A stretch of DNA of 64,000 nt from Candidatus Freyarchaeum deiterrae (GTDB lineage: Archaea > Asgardarchaeota > Jordiarchaeia > Jordiarchaeales > Jordiarchaeaceae). The notes under the pieces were generated by a model that saw nothing but the letters and a program-made list of their open reading frames with translations, made no database searches and was not told where the DNA came from. The stretch is from assembly GCA_037305845.1 (NCBI GenBank), contig CP147778.1, forward strand, positions 2,880,001 to 2,944,000, given 5' to 3'. Positions within the stretch are counted from its first letter, which is position 1. Each line of letters begins with the position of its first letter. Below are positions 47,839-57,982 of the stretch, one piece after another. Made by a program: the position numbers and the translations under genes.

Positions 47839-48471
47839 ATGGAGATAAACTCTAAACTGGCTTTCCAAAATGTTTATACACAGTGTGGCTCTGGAAGACC
47901 GATTGGCGGAGCAGTGGTCACCACCTCTGGGAAAATCCTATACCAAGAAAACTTTAATGACGACGAAATATTAAGAGAACTCATTCCCCTTCTCCCCCAA
48001 TTAAGGGTAGGCGATTTTCTCTCAACCAGAAACTACCTAGTTCTACGAGCATCAACTGGCATATCCATAATTTTAAAATTTATCAATGAGCAAAAAGTTG
48101 CCTTAGCCCATCTCTCCCTAATTGGAAGATTCGCAGCCTTCGCAGGCTGGTTCGACTTTCTGGACGCTAAAGATTACAACATCAACCTACTGAAATTAAA
48201 CTACCCGGAGGGACGCAAAATCTATGACCTCCTGAGATGTGACTCCACAACTGCGACAGGGAAAATTCTGGAATTTATAGTTGAAAAAGGCGAGGTAACC
48301 AAGGATGATTTAATCCAAGAGCTGGGAATAGACGAACACACCGCAGAGAAAGCTTTAGACAAACTGGTAAAAACTGAAATATTGGAAGAAAATGATGGAA
48401 AATACATGATACACACCCGACTAATCACCATCAAACTATTACACCAGTCCAACCCTCTTCCAACCACATAA
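47839..48471 (+). CDS. Roadblock/profilin-like domain + C-terminal winged helix-turn-helix protein
   Basis: GGAVVTTSGKILY..GDF..LVLRAS; C-terminal KILEFIVEKGEVTKDDLIQELGIDEHTAEKALDKLVKTEILEENDGKY. Confidence 0.65.
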   Translation: MEINSKLAFQNVYTQCGSGRPIGGAVVTTSGKILYQENFNDDEILRELIPLLPQLRVGDFLSTRNYLVLRASTGISIILKFINEQKVALAHLSLIGRFAAFAGWFDFLDAKDYNINLLKLNYPEGRKIYDLLRCDSTTATGKILEFIVEKGEVTKDDLIQELGIDEHTAEKALDKLVKTEILEENDGKYMIHTRLITIKLLHQSNPLPTT

Positions 48472-48702
48472 TAGCCCTCCTAGCAGCGAGAAAAAGACAT
48501 TCATCTTATTCTTGCTAAAAAAATGAATCATTACTTAAAATAATCCTAAAATGAATCAAATCCATTCTACTTTTTCATTTTTATGAGATTTCGGATTAAA
48601 AATCATTAAACTTATATACGCTAAATGGTACTCAATTTCATTAGTTTATTCTATTAACTGAAATGCTGGTTTGAAAATCTTATTAATCTTTGAGGTGTTG
48701 AT

Positions 48703-49848
48703 ATGAATTTTGAGCTAACCGAAGAGCAGGAACTAATTCGAAGTACGGTAAGAGAATTCGCTGAAACTGTACTAGCTCCTCGAGCCCGTGAGATGGATGA
48801 AAAGGCCGAGTTTCCTTGGAATGAAACAAAGAAGATGGCGGAACAGGGCTACTTGGGTGCCCAGATCCCCAAAGAATACGGTGGCTCAGAACTGGACAGT
48901 GTCAGCTACGCGATACTGATAGAAGAAATATCTCGTGTGGTCTGCGGAATCGGTTTAACCCTGCAGATTCACAACTCTGCCTGCGCTCAACCAATTGCAC
49001 AGTTCGGCAACGAAAAGCAGAAGAAACGATTCCTTCCCCGATTAGCTAAGGGTGAAATTATAGGAGCCTTCGCTCTAACAGAACCCGGAGCCGGAAGCGA
49101 CGCTCAATCTCTAAGAACTAACGCCACTCCTAGTGGAAACGAATACGTGTTGAATGGTAGCAAAATATTCATCACTAGTGGACCGGTAGCGGGAGTGGCT
49201 CTTGTCTTCGCAGTGACACCATCAGCCGAGGAGGGCAAAAGAAAGCCCATGAGTGCGTTCTTAGTTGAGAAGGGAACCCCCGGATTCAGCGCTGGTGCGG
49301 ATGAGGACAAGATGGGCATGCGTGCCGCGATCAACTCGGAACTAATGTTTGACGAATGCAAAATACCTAAGGAGAACCTTTTGGGAAAAGAAGGGGATGG
49401 ATTCAAAATAGCAATGACCATACTAGACTCTGCGAGAATAGGAGCCTCAGCCCAAGCCGTGGGGCTTTCACAGGCAGCCCTTGAAGAATCACTCAAATAC
49501 TCCCAGGAGAGGCAGCAGTTCAACAGACCCATCGCACAGTTCCAGGCAATCCAATTCATGATAGCTGAGATGGCGACCCAAATAGAAGCCGCCCGTCTCC
49601 TGACATATCAAGCAGCATTTCTAAAGGATAAGGGAGCCCGGTTCACCAAGGAAGTAGCTATGGCAAAGCTCTACTCTTCAAAAATCTGCACTCAAGTCGT
49701 ATCAAACGCCGTCCAGATACACGGCGGCTACGGCTACATGAAAGACTACCCGGTCGAGAGATACTACAGAGACGCTAAGGTACTCGAAATATACGAAGGA
49801 ACCAGCGAAGTTCAGAGAATGGTAATAGCGGGACAACTAATAAAATGA
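48703..49848 (+). CDS. Acyl-CoA dehydrogenase (short/branched-chain, butyryl-CoA dehydrogenase-like)
   Basis: FALTEPGAGSD, NGSKIFIT, RQQFNRPIAQFQAIQF, QIHGGYGY, EIYEGTSEVQR. Confidence 0.95.
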   Translation: MNFELTEEQELIRSTVREFAETVLAPRAREMDEKAEFPWNETKKMAEQGYLGAQIPKEYGGSELDSVSYAILIEEISRVVCGIGLTLQIHNSACAQPIAQFGNEKQKKRFLPRLAKGEIIGAFALTEPGAGSDAQSLRTNATPSGNEYVLNGSKIFITSGPVAGVALVFAVTPSAEEGKRKPMSAFLVEKGTPGFSAGADEDKMGMRAAINSELMFDECKIPKENLLGKEGDGFKIAMTILDSARIGASAQAVGLSQAALEESLKYSQERQQFNRPIAQFQAIQFMIAEMATQIEAARLLTYQAAFLKDKGARFTKEVAMAKLYSSKICTQVVSNAVQIHGGYGYMKDYPVERYYRDAKVLEIYEGTSEVQRMVIAGQLIK

Positions 49849-50072
49849 GGCTCTAAACTAATTACTCACTGAAAGCATGGAAAGAGGAATCAATAAAGAT
49901 AGAAAAATAAAAAGACGGGCATAAATTCAACCTTCCGCTTACTCAACTTATTTTTCATTCATTTTTAATTATTCACAAAGATTGCTCACCTTTTTTTTAA
50001 GAAATATAAAAAAAATATATTAACAAGTAGATATAAGTATAATATAACGATATTATAAGAGTTGAGAAAGCG

Positions 50073-51134
50073 ATGGTGTTGCTCAACACAAATTTGGAAT
50101 TAGCGGACTTTATGCCAAAATATTTAGATCAGGCACAACGATACAACAACTGGTATTTCACAGTAAGCTTTTCGCATAAGAAAAAAGAGTACATGGCGAG
50201 ATTCTCCATCACCGAAGGCACTCTTATGGGACAAAAAGACTTTTTAAATCTTTCAATGACTCCACTAAGGCTTAAGCAAGAAAAGGATGTGCAGGTATTA
50301 AAAGAGCCAACTAACGACATAGCTATAATTAACACGGTGGAACAGAAAGATTTCCAGCACCGCGAGGAGAAGGATAAAGTCATAATAGAAACGCCGAATC
50401 TTACTGCCATATGCAAGGTTGACGAACGCAAATTAATTTCGAAAAATGAAAACCTCGGATGTGAATTAACCTTTAAATCTCGCGGTCCGCCGACCTTTTG
50501 GGGTGAAGAAAAGTACAAGAAGTGTGAAATAACTGAGGGAACCGGTGTTTCTGGGATTGAGGCGCTGTGCAATGTTCAAGGAAGCATAAATGTCGAGGGA
50601 GAGCCTATCGAAGTCAACGGCATGGGTCTGTCTGAACGCACGTGGATTGATTCACTAAACTTCTTGGCAATAAGGATGGTGGACTGGATTTATGCGAATT
50701 TTGATCAGGCGTATATGTTCCTCTGCCATGTGGAATCGAATAAAAGTGATGGGTGCCTTTTCCATTTTGAGACTGGAACGGTTTACATGATGCAGAAGAA
50801 TGAGTACTTACCAATCAGAAAACTCGAAGTTACGCCCGAAAAATGGGCGTATCAAAAGTCAGCCTACCGATTCATACCACTGCAACAAAAGGTTAAAGTG
50901 AAAACCGATAAGGGAGACTTGGAGATGGACGTAGCCCTAAATATGTATCCACAAACGATCGAAGACGCTAGGCGAATCGAAAACCTAACCCTTAATAACA
51001 TAACCGGTTGGAATGCGATGTTTTATGACTCGCCAGTCGCAATCAAAGGGAAATTCACCTACAAAAATGGAAAAACTGTGGAACTGGACAATGGACGAGG
51101 AATGAACGAGACTCTGAGAATAGTTCCGTTATAA
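50073..51134 (+). CDS. AttH/CrtC/tocopherol-cyclase-like beta-barrel protein
   Basis: NWYFT, VQGSINVEGEPIEVNGMGLSERTW, DWIYANF, RFIP, GRGMNE. Confidence 0.55.
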   Translation: MVLLNTNLELADFMPKYLDQAQRYNNWYFTVSFSHKKKEYMARFSITEGTLMGQKDFLNLSMTPLRLKQEKDVQVLKEPTNDIAIINTVEQKDFQHREEKDKVIIETPNLTAICKVDERKLISKNENLGCELTFKSRGPPTFWGEEKYKKCEITEGTGVSGIEALCNVQGSINVEGEPIEVNGMGLSERTWIDSLNFLAIRMVDWIYANFDQAYMFLCHVESNKSDGCLFHFETGTVYMMQKNEYLPIRKLEVTPEKWAYQKSAYRFIPLQQKVKVKTDKGDLEMDVALNMYPQTIEDARRIENLTLNNITGWNAMFYDSPVAIKGKFTYKNGKTVELDNGRGMNETLRIVPL

Positions 51135-51321
51135 TTAATTACTCTATTCCATTTTTCTTTTACATAACAACTAAAAAGGTATTAACCAAAATCACAAATG
51201 CCAAGATTTAAATCCATTAAATCCAAATATATACTTAACATAGATTAAAATAAATTATGACCAGCAACACTAAAAAGAGGAAAACATCTAATTTAAGATA
51301 TAAAGAGGGTGGCTCTGAACC

Positions 51322-52029
51322 ATGTCCAATAATAAGACCGTATCCGATAATAAGAATGAAATTCTTGTAGAAGGCGAACCCGATGTGCCGGCCGTTGTAC
51401 TTTTCGCAAAGACTGCAATTGATGAAACTTCGAAAATATACGGTCCCATTTTTGCTAGATTGGTTTCGGTGCACGCATTGAGATTTGAGGCGGAAAAACT
51501 GAAAGAAGAACCGCCTAACATTCAGGGATTAACTGATGTTTCCAACTACATCGTTACAAATATGAACAAATACACTCGAGGGTACTGCGCCGTAATCTAC
51601 GGAGTCGGCAAGGCAGAAGCTACTCTGCAAGGTTCCATGGGCGCAGGGGCTAAGAGATCCGCTTGGAGCGCCATGAGATCCATGCTTGAGAACACCGGTT
51701 TGCTAAACAACTTAGTTGGAACCACAGGAGACATATTAGAGGCCATCGATAAGTTCAATGTGATAGGAAAGCAACTTAAAACAGTTCTTACTGTACGCTT
51801 CATAAGGGACGAAAACAACCAGGTGAGAGAAGTAGTACCCAATTGTCCATTTAAAGACGCCTGCAAAGCTTTGGTGAAAGAAGGCGTAACACGCGTACGT
51901 GGAGGCATGGAGTGCATGTCTCTAATAGCCAACACCGCCGTTGCAGGAATAATTACAAAAAAAAGCCTCGACTATAACTTGGACGAGTTTGACAAACCCG
52001 AATGCAGAGGAAGAATATTCGAGCCCTAA
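51322..52029 (+). CDS. Hypothetical protein with a C-terminal V4R/MetOD-like Cys motif
   Basis: VPNCPFKDAC..ECMSL..PECRGRI. Confidence 0.6.
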   Translation: MSNNKTVSDNKNEILVEGEPDVPAVVLFAKTAIDETSKIYGPIFARLVSVHALRFEAEKLKEEPPNIQGLTDVSNYIVTNMNKYTRGYCAVIYGVGKAEATLQGSMGAGAKRSAWSAMRSMLENTGLLNNLVGTTGDILEAIDKFNVIGKQLKTVLTVRFIRDENNQVREVVPNCPFKDACKALVKEGVTRVRGGMECMSLIANTAVAGIITKKSLDYNLDEFDKPECRGRIFEP

Positions 52030-52312
52030 ACACGCATTAAAGTTTCTTATTCCCTATATCATACCATAAAATTCGCCACAATTTCCCTCCAAGGATTATT
52101 ACAACCTCCAACTATGAAATAATAGAATTCCTTACACCTCAATTTATTTTTTAATGTTTTATAGAACTTCTTTTTCACAATGTTTAATTGACAAGAAGTT
52201 AATTTGACTTGAAGCAACTATTAATTCTGCTACGTTATCTTTAATATAGAACCGATATTACTGATTAATTTCAGCGTATCCTTGAAACTGAATTTTCTTG
52301 AAGGGTGATTTT

Positions 52313-52489
52313 ATGAGAATAGTGATCGATGAGGACAAGTGTACTGGTTGCGCTTTTTGTTTGTTTGCATGTCCTCTTCCCAATAAGGGTATCAGAATGG
52401 TCAAGGGAAAAGCAAAGGTAAAAGAGGAATGCACTGGATGCGGAAAATGCATCTCTGTCTGTACCGCGGGAGCTATCTTCACGGAGTAA
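52313..52489 (+). CDS. 2[4Fe-4S] ferredoxin
   Basis: CTGCAFCLFACP and CTGCGKCISVCT; GGTGA SD before ATG 52313. Confidence 0.9.
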   Translation: MRIVIDEDKCTGCAFCLFACPLPNKGIRMVKGKAKVKEECTGCGKCISVCTAGAIFTE

Positions 52490-52663
52490 GAAAATCCCAA
52501 ACATATATACTATCCGATAACAGATTGTGATTGCGGAAACTGGAGAAATTTGGATTCAGTGTTTTTTGGGAAATATGGAGAAAGAATGATACAAACAATA
52601 ATTATTGTATCTGGTGATGTTGGCTCAGTTGCTTGGTTTTTTAATTTTTTAAAAATAAGGAAA

Positions 52664-53086
52664 TTATGAAATATCTGCAATCTTTATCTTAAAATTCAAT
52701 GCGAAACCGGCTAATGGATGATTGAAATCAACGGTCGCTTCTTCGTCAGTCATTTCTATTATTTGACCCGCTAATTTTTCTCCCTCGGGGGTTACGAATC
52801 TAATCATAACTCCTTCTTTTGATTCTTTTGGAAGTTTGTCTTTCGGAATTTTCATGACAAATTTGGGATTACGATACCCGAAGGCTTCTTTGGGTTCTAT
52901 CCTAATCTCCTTTTCTTCCCCCTTTTTCATTCCTATAACCCCCTGATCAACAGCCTTTATCACTTTTCCAGAACCAGCCTCAAACTCCAAAGGCTCTTTT
53001 CCCTCAGATGAATCAAAAATAGTTCCGTCATCCAAACTTACACTGTACTCCACTTTTACTTTATTTCCTTTCTGAACTGGCATCAT
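52664..53086 (-). CDS. slyD: FKBP-type peptidyl-prolyl cis-trans isomerase (SlyD family)
   Basis: DGTIFDSS, PLEFEAGSGKVI, EAFGYR, VDFNHPLAG. Confidence 0.92.
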   Translation of the reverse strand: MMPVQKGNKVKVEYSVSLDDGTIFDSSEGKEPLEFEAGSGKVIKAVDQGVIGMKKGEEKEIRIEPKEAFGYRNPKFVMKIPKDKLPKESKEGVMIRFVTPEGEKLAGQIIEMTDEEATVDFNHPLAGFALNFKIKIADIS

Positions 53087-53274
53087 TTCAACTCCATCTC
53101 ATTGAGAAAATAAAGAAAAAAATTATTTAAACTGCTGAAACTACTATCCATCTGGAATATTTTAGTGTTTGTCTTGTTAAGACTGTAGCTGATTGTCTCT
53201 GTCCAGTAACTATTTGAATGAGTTAGTTAAAATCGTTTCACTGAATTATTATCCGAATAGAATGTTTTGTATTT

Positions 53275-53676
53275 CTATTTTTTCTCCAGAAATTTCTTCA
53301 GTGGTTTCCAGTAGAAGTCATTCCAGCCTTGCTTGATATCTTCGTAGCATTCTTCGGGAACACCATCTTGATTAAATGTAAGCTTGGTTCCGCTGCTTTC
53401 TTTCTTCAACGTCATAGTGATTGTGGAGTAGTGGTCTTCGGGCCAACATTCTTCTTCAGCCCGCCAGGATTGAACGATCTTCTCGTCTGGAATAAGTTCC
53501 ACATTGACTCCCATAATGTAACCATCCCAGGCTGTAAACTTTCCATCTACTTCTCGGCTTACTTCTGCCGAGCTACCCGTAAACTGAGAATGTTTATCGG
53601 AATCCATTAATGCTTCATAAACCTCATGAGGGGGTGCTTTAAAAACTATGGACTGTTTAATAGTTTTGGTTTCCAT
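53275..53676 (-). CDS. SRPBCC / AHSA1 (Aha1 C-terminal-like) domain protein
   Basis: PHEVYEALMD, GKFTAWDG, EKIVQSWR, GTKLTFNQDGVP, QGWNDFYW. Confidence 0.9.
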   Translation of the reverse strand: METKTIKQSIVFKAPPHEVYEALMDSDKHSQFTGSSAEVSREVDGKFTAWDGYIMGVNVELIPDEKIVQSWRAEEECWPEDHYSTITMTLKKESSGTKLTFNQDGVPEECYEDIKQGWNDFYWKPLKKFLEKK

Positions 53677-53922
53677 GATTACAACACCTGCCTAAACATC
53701 TTTGTTGCTGGTTATTAAATATAAATAGTCATTCATTTTTATTTAATATTATGGTTATGGTTGAATCTGAGCTTAGATTTCTCGGAACAATTAAATTTAT
53801 TTTAATACAGCAATAAAATAGTATCATAGTTCATTTTGTGAAATTCGGGTTTGAGGTGAAGAATTTTAAAAAAACTTAAAGGCGTCGCATTTTTACTGCT
53901 TATAATCGGTTTTGCGGTAATC

Positions 53923-54441
53923 TTGCTCTCGGCCGCTTTAATGCGTTCTTACTCGTATGAAGCTCAACCAGTTAGCGGTGGGCAGGGGTGGGCTGAGGCC
54001 GAGAATCTCTTTTTACCCCCATACGGGTATTTCGTTAAAATTGTAAACACCACTCCCGGCCAAACTATTGGTGGTTCATACGAGTCGAGTACGCGTTTTC
54101 ACGTCTACGTTTTTGACGAAGAGAATTTTCTGAAATACCTTAGTGGCGCTCCCAATTATGCTCCCCTCTCATCCACTCTGAATTCTATGGCAGCCTGCTT
54201 TTATGCAGTCTCCCTAAAAGGGGGGCAGGTTTACATTGTGATACATAATCCCACCAATCAGCCTGCTTTTCTGCACTTCTGTCTGCACTTCTTCGATACT
54301 CAATCAATCCTCATCCCCAATAGTGAGAATTACGTATTCCAAATCTTCCTGCTTATCGGTGGATTGCTATCAGTCTCAGGATTGGTAACTGTAATTCTTT
54401 TAAAAATTCGGGAGAAAAAGGGCATTAGCCCGGCCCACTAA
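53923..54441 (+). CDS. Membrane-anchored protein with a small (GOLD-like) beta-sandwich; true start probably upstream
   Basis: HVYVFDEENF..GQVYIVIHNP pattern and a C-terminal TM. The frame stays open upstream to 53860 and encodes a signal-like ILKKLKGVAFLLLIIGFAVI. Confidence 0.65.
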   Translation: MLSAALMRSYSYEAQPVSGGQGWAEAENLFLPPYGYFVKIVNTTPGQTIGGSYESSTRFHVYVFDEENFLKYLSGAPNYAPLSSTLNSMAACFYAVSLKGGQVYIVIHNPTNQPAFLHFCLHFFDTQSILIPNSENYVFQIFLLIGGLLSVSGLVTVILLKIREKKGISPAH

Positions 54442-54460
54442 ACGTGCCGATAACCAGCAT

Positions 54461-55306
54461 CTAGATGGATTTCTCCTGTTGAGTCAAAATCACTTTATTT
54501 ATTCTCTCGTAGAAAGATCTCTCTGTGTAAATGAGTTTGAAGGTCTTTTCAGACACGTTTACTTTGATGGATTGCCCTCCATCGATTTTCTTTCCGTCGC
54601 TCTCCGCCATCTGGCCATCCAGAATAACATAATTCTCTGAGGGCTTATATGTCAATACAAAAGTCACCTCGCTCTCGATAGGGACTATAAGTGGGAAAAA
54701 TCTGGTGGTATAAAACTGCGCCACACAGGTAATAGACATCGCCTCAAGCTTCGGATGTATTATAGACCCTCCCGCTGAGAGATTATAAGCGGTTGATCCT
54801 AAGGGTGAGGCTACAATCATTCGATCACCGCGAATGGATGAGATGAGGACATCATCAAGGAAGAGTTTTCCGTCAAGTATCCTTCCGTGTTCACCGCTGA
54901 TGACCACGTCATTCACCGCGAAACCTATGTACCTGCTGCTCAAGTAAACATCCAACACTCTGTGTACCTCTTCTTTGTACTGTCCATCCAAAATTTTTTC
55001 CAGCTCCGGTATTGCATCACACGCCCCCACCTCTGTTAGAAAACCGACTGTTCCCGAGTTAAGCGGGAAAATAGGAATCTCCTTTCCACTCTCAATAACT
55101 ATTCTAGCTGTTTTTAGAACGGTTCCGTCTCCTCCATTTGATATTATGAAAAAGGTATCATCCTGCACATCAACAGCAGCATCAATAGAGTAGGTAACAA
55201 ATCCTTTTTCCTCCAAAAATCGCGAAACGGTCTTAGTGGAAGATGAAGCTATCTGAGAACCCTTCCTAACAACCATTCCAACCTTATTAGCCATCTCTAT
55301 CATCAA
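54461..55306 (-). CDS. nadK: NAD(+) kinase
   Basis: GGDGTVL, GTVGFLTE, NDVV, PLGSTAYNLSAGG. Confidence 0.92.
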   Translation of the reverse strand: MMIEMANKVGMVVRKGSQIASSSTKTVSRFLEEKGFVTYSIDAAVDVQDDTFFIISNGGDGTVLKTARIVIESGKEIPIFPLNSGTVGFLTEVGACDAIPELEKILDGQYKEEVHRVLDVYLSSRYIGFAVNDVVISGEHGRILDGKLFLDDVLISSIRGDRMIVASPLGSTAYNLSAGGSIIHPKLEAMSITCVAQFYTTRFFPLIVPIESEVTFVLTYKPSENYVILDGQMAESDGKKIDGGQSIKVNVSEKTFKLIYTERSFYERINKVILTQQEKSI

Positions 55307-55524
55307 TATTTGTTTGTTATTATCTAGTAAATTAGAAAAGCACTCTATTTAAATTGCGCCCCAAAAGTACATTCTTCCATCTAATCTTTTATTTCAATTT
55401 TATTAACAAATTTCATGATGGTAGATTTACAATCCACAAAACAAGCGATGTATTACTGCTAGGAAAAGTTATATATTCAACCCTTCGATTTGTATCTTTT
55501 AAAATAATGAGCATTGGTGATTTT

Positions 55525-56952
55525 TTGGATTCAGAAAAATTCGAGTACTTTGAGAGTCTCTTTCACCCCAAGTCTATGGCTATTATCGGTGCTAGTGAAA
55601 ACTCTATCTTCTATCTTTTTGCCCCCGGATCCACTGGTTTTAAAGGAAAAATCTATGCGGTTAATCCTAGCCGAGACAGCATTTTAAACTTTAAATGTTA
55701 CAAAAGCATTCTGGATATCGACGATGATATTGACTTGGCAACAGTTACTGTTCCAGCGAAGTACACTCCTGATGTTATGCGCGAATGCGTGGAGAAGGAA
55801 GTCAAAACCGCCCATTTCTTTACTTCAGGATTCAGCGAAACCGGAACCGAGGAAGGAAAAAAACTGGAGCAGGAACTTTTAAAAATTTCGAGAAACGGGA
55901 GCACCAGAATACTGGGACCGAACTGCATGGGTATTTACTGCCCAGAAAGCGGTTTATCTTTTTTGCCAGGTTTTCCCAAGAAGCCCGGACCGGTTGCATT
56001 CATAGCTCAGAGCGGCGCACTCACAGAGCAGGTGATTTATTCCGGGAGGATGAGAGGAGTCGGCTTCAGTAAAGTGGTCAGCTACGGGAACGCCATAGAT
56101 TTGGACAACCCCGACTTCATGGAGTATCTGGCTGAGGATCCAAAAACCAAAATCATCTCCACATATATTGAGGGAACCAAGAATGGAAGAAAATTTTATG
56201 AAACTATAAAAGAAGCGGTTAAGAAAAAACCAGTAATAGTATGGAAGGGCGGGCAAACCGAGAGAGGAGCTGTCGCCGTTTCCTCCCACACCGGCTCCCT
56301 AGCGGGTTCAGGAAACATCTGGAAGGCGGTTCTGACCCAGATAGGAGCTATAAACATTAGAGACCTCGAAGACCTCATGGACACTTATCTAGTTTTTCTG
56401 CATAATCCATTCCCGAGGGGAAGGAGAGGCTTAATAGTTTCTTTCAGCGGTGGAGAGAGCGTCACGGAAACCGACAAGGCGGTCGAAATGGGTTTAGAGA
56501 TACCACTCCTATCAAAGGAAACCAAGGAAAAAATCGAGGAGATGGTTCCGGTGGCTGGAATAAGTACCAGAAATCCTCTGGACATTCCTTATGCGTTTTT
56601 CCAATTCTCCAACATTGCAAAAGTCGTTAAAGTTGCAGCCTCTGAAGACAACATTGATTTCGTGATTTTCGAATTACTAGACCGTTACAGATCACTCGGT
56701 AAACGTTTCAGAGGTTTTCAATGGTACGTTGATCTCCGCAAATCCATACGAGAAGCAGCGAACTACATAAAGAATGAACTTGGGAAACCATTTGTGATAG
56801 CCGTACTACCAGCATTCAGCGAACAAGAAGCCATAAACCTAAGAAAATTCTACACTGCCCGCGGAATATCTGTGGTGCCAAGCATGACCAGAGCGTCTAA
56901 AGCCATAAAAAGAATGATCGAATACCGAGAATTCCTAGATAAACAGAAATAA
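55525..56952 (+). CDS. ADP-forming acyl-CoA synthetase alpha-subunit-like (CoA-binding) protein
   Basis: FHPKSMAIIGAS, GFSETG, RILGPNCMG, AQSGA, SYGNAIDL, SHTGSLAG (phospho-His); TTG start at 55525 after a GGTGA SD. Confidence 0.9.
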   Translation: MDSEKFEYFESLFHPKSMAIIGASENSIFYLFAPGSTGFKGKIYAVNPSRDSILNFKCYKSILDIDDDIDLATVTVPAKYTPDVMRECVEKEVKTAHFFTSGFSETGTEEGKKLEQELLKISRNGSTRILGPNCMGIYCPESGLSFLPGFPKKPGPVAFIAQSGALTEQVIYSGRMRGVGFSKVVSYGNAIDLDNPDFMEYLAEDPKTKIISTYIEGTKNGRKFYETIKEAVKKKPVIVWKGGQTERGAVAVSSHTGSLAGSGNIWKAVLTQIGAINIRDLEDLMDTYLVFLHNPFPRGRRGLIVSFSGGESVTETDKAVEMGLEIPLLSKETKEKIEEMVPVAGISTRNPLDIPYAFFQFSNIAKVVKVAASEDNIDFVIFELLDRYRSLGKRFRGFQWYVDLRKSIREAANYIKNELGKPFVIAVLPAFSEQEAINLRKFYTARGISVVPSMTRASKAIKRMIEYREFLDKQK

Positions 56953-56997
56953 CAAAGATAAACTTTCGGTAGGTACAAAGAGATTTTGGAACTGGTT

Positions 56998-57450
56998 TTA
57001 ACTCTCCGATTTTTCAACCACCTCCGAGGGTGTTAGAACGGGGATACTCATATACTCTTTGAAATCTGCGGGATTCCAAGTGACTAAGGCATCAGAGTAA
57101 GTCTCTGCATGGGCCGCTACGAGGAAGTCTGGCAGAATTCTTTCTCTTTCTTTTCTCTTGCGGAGTAGATACTCGGAAAACATTTGTCCCGCGCTCTTTG
57201 CAACATCTAAAGAGCCACTGAGGTGTACTGATATATTGTTTGCGGCAATAAACTTTTGAACCCTGTTTTCTTCCTCATTAGGATTCCCGCTAAGAAATAT
57301 TCCCGTGTACAGCTCAGCATAAACTATCTCAGAGAGAACTAAACTCATCCTTTTCTCACCAGCCCACCGGAAAAATTTGAGTGTTTCACCAGAAAATTCA
57401 TCGCCTTTAAAATGGCTGATTATTACGCTCGTATCAAGTGCAAGCTTCAA
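56998..57450 (-). CDS. vapC: VapC-family PIN-domain toxin
   Basis: LDTSVII, SEIVYAEL, ILPDFLVAAHA, LVTWNPADF. Confidence 0.88.
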   Translation of the reverse strand: MKLALDTSVIISHFKGDEFSGETLKFFRWAGEKRMSLVLSEIVYAELYTGIFLSGNPNEEENRVQKFIAANNISVHLSGSLDVAKSAGQMFSEYLLRKRKERERILPDFLVAAHAETYSDALVTWNPADFKEYMSIPVLTPSEVVEKSES

Positions 57451-57716
57451 TCCTTTTCCTCTCTTTCCGTTTTACCTCTAAGCCAGTGTACTACTTCAAC
57501 TGCGTTTTTCATTTTTCTAAAGACTGAATGGTCGCTCCAGGCCCCTGCGGTTTCAACCATAACTTTTTCCCAATCGCCACTAACCTTCTCTATAACGATT
57601 TTGCCGTCTTTGTATTGAACATTTACAATATCTCCAATACCTAATCCTAGTTTCTCCCTAATATCCTGGGGGATCGTTACTTGGAAACGGCGGGTAACTT
57701 TTACAAGCAAACCCAA
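57447..57716 (-). CDS. vapB: AbrB/MazE-family antitoxin
   Basis: VKVTRRFQVTIPQDIREKLGLGIGD; 4-bp overlap with the PIN gene. Confidence 0.88.
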   Translation of the reverse strand: MGLLVKVTRRFQVTIPQDIREKLGLGIGDIVNVQYKDGKIVIEKVSGDWEKVMVETAGAWSDHSVFRKMKNAVEVVHWLRGKTEREEKD

Positions 57717-57982
57717 TCACCAAATCCTATTAGGATGATAGGACTATTTAAAAGTAGTGAAAATCCCGAGGTCGCCCCCTAATTCTTTCAGGCTCTTAAC
57801 TTTCATGAATCATCATATTTCTCCTTGATTTTTTCTTTTTCATAATACCGCTTCAGCGTTGTATCTTCTTGTAGTGATACGATAAACTTCAAAGAAAAAA
57901 TATAAAAAAAAGAAAGCCCCGAATAAGGCTTTTCTCACTGAGTTATATCCTTGCTTTTAAGATTGAATATAGCTTCCTAGCT

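Noticed and set aside
56998-57716. VapBC module as a marker of a mobile element
   Set aside because: No flanking repeats, integrase or other mobile genes were seen; stand-alone VapBC loci are common in archaea.
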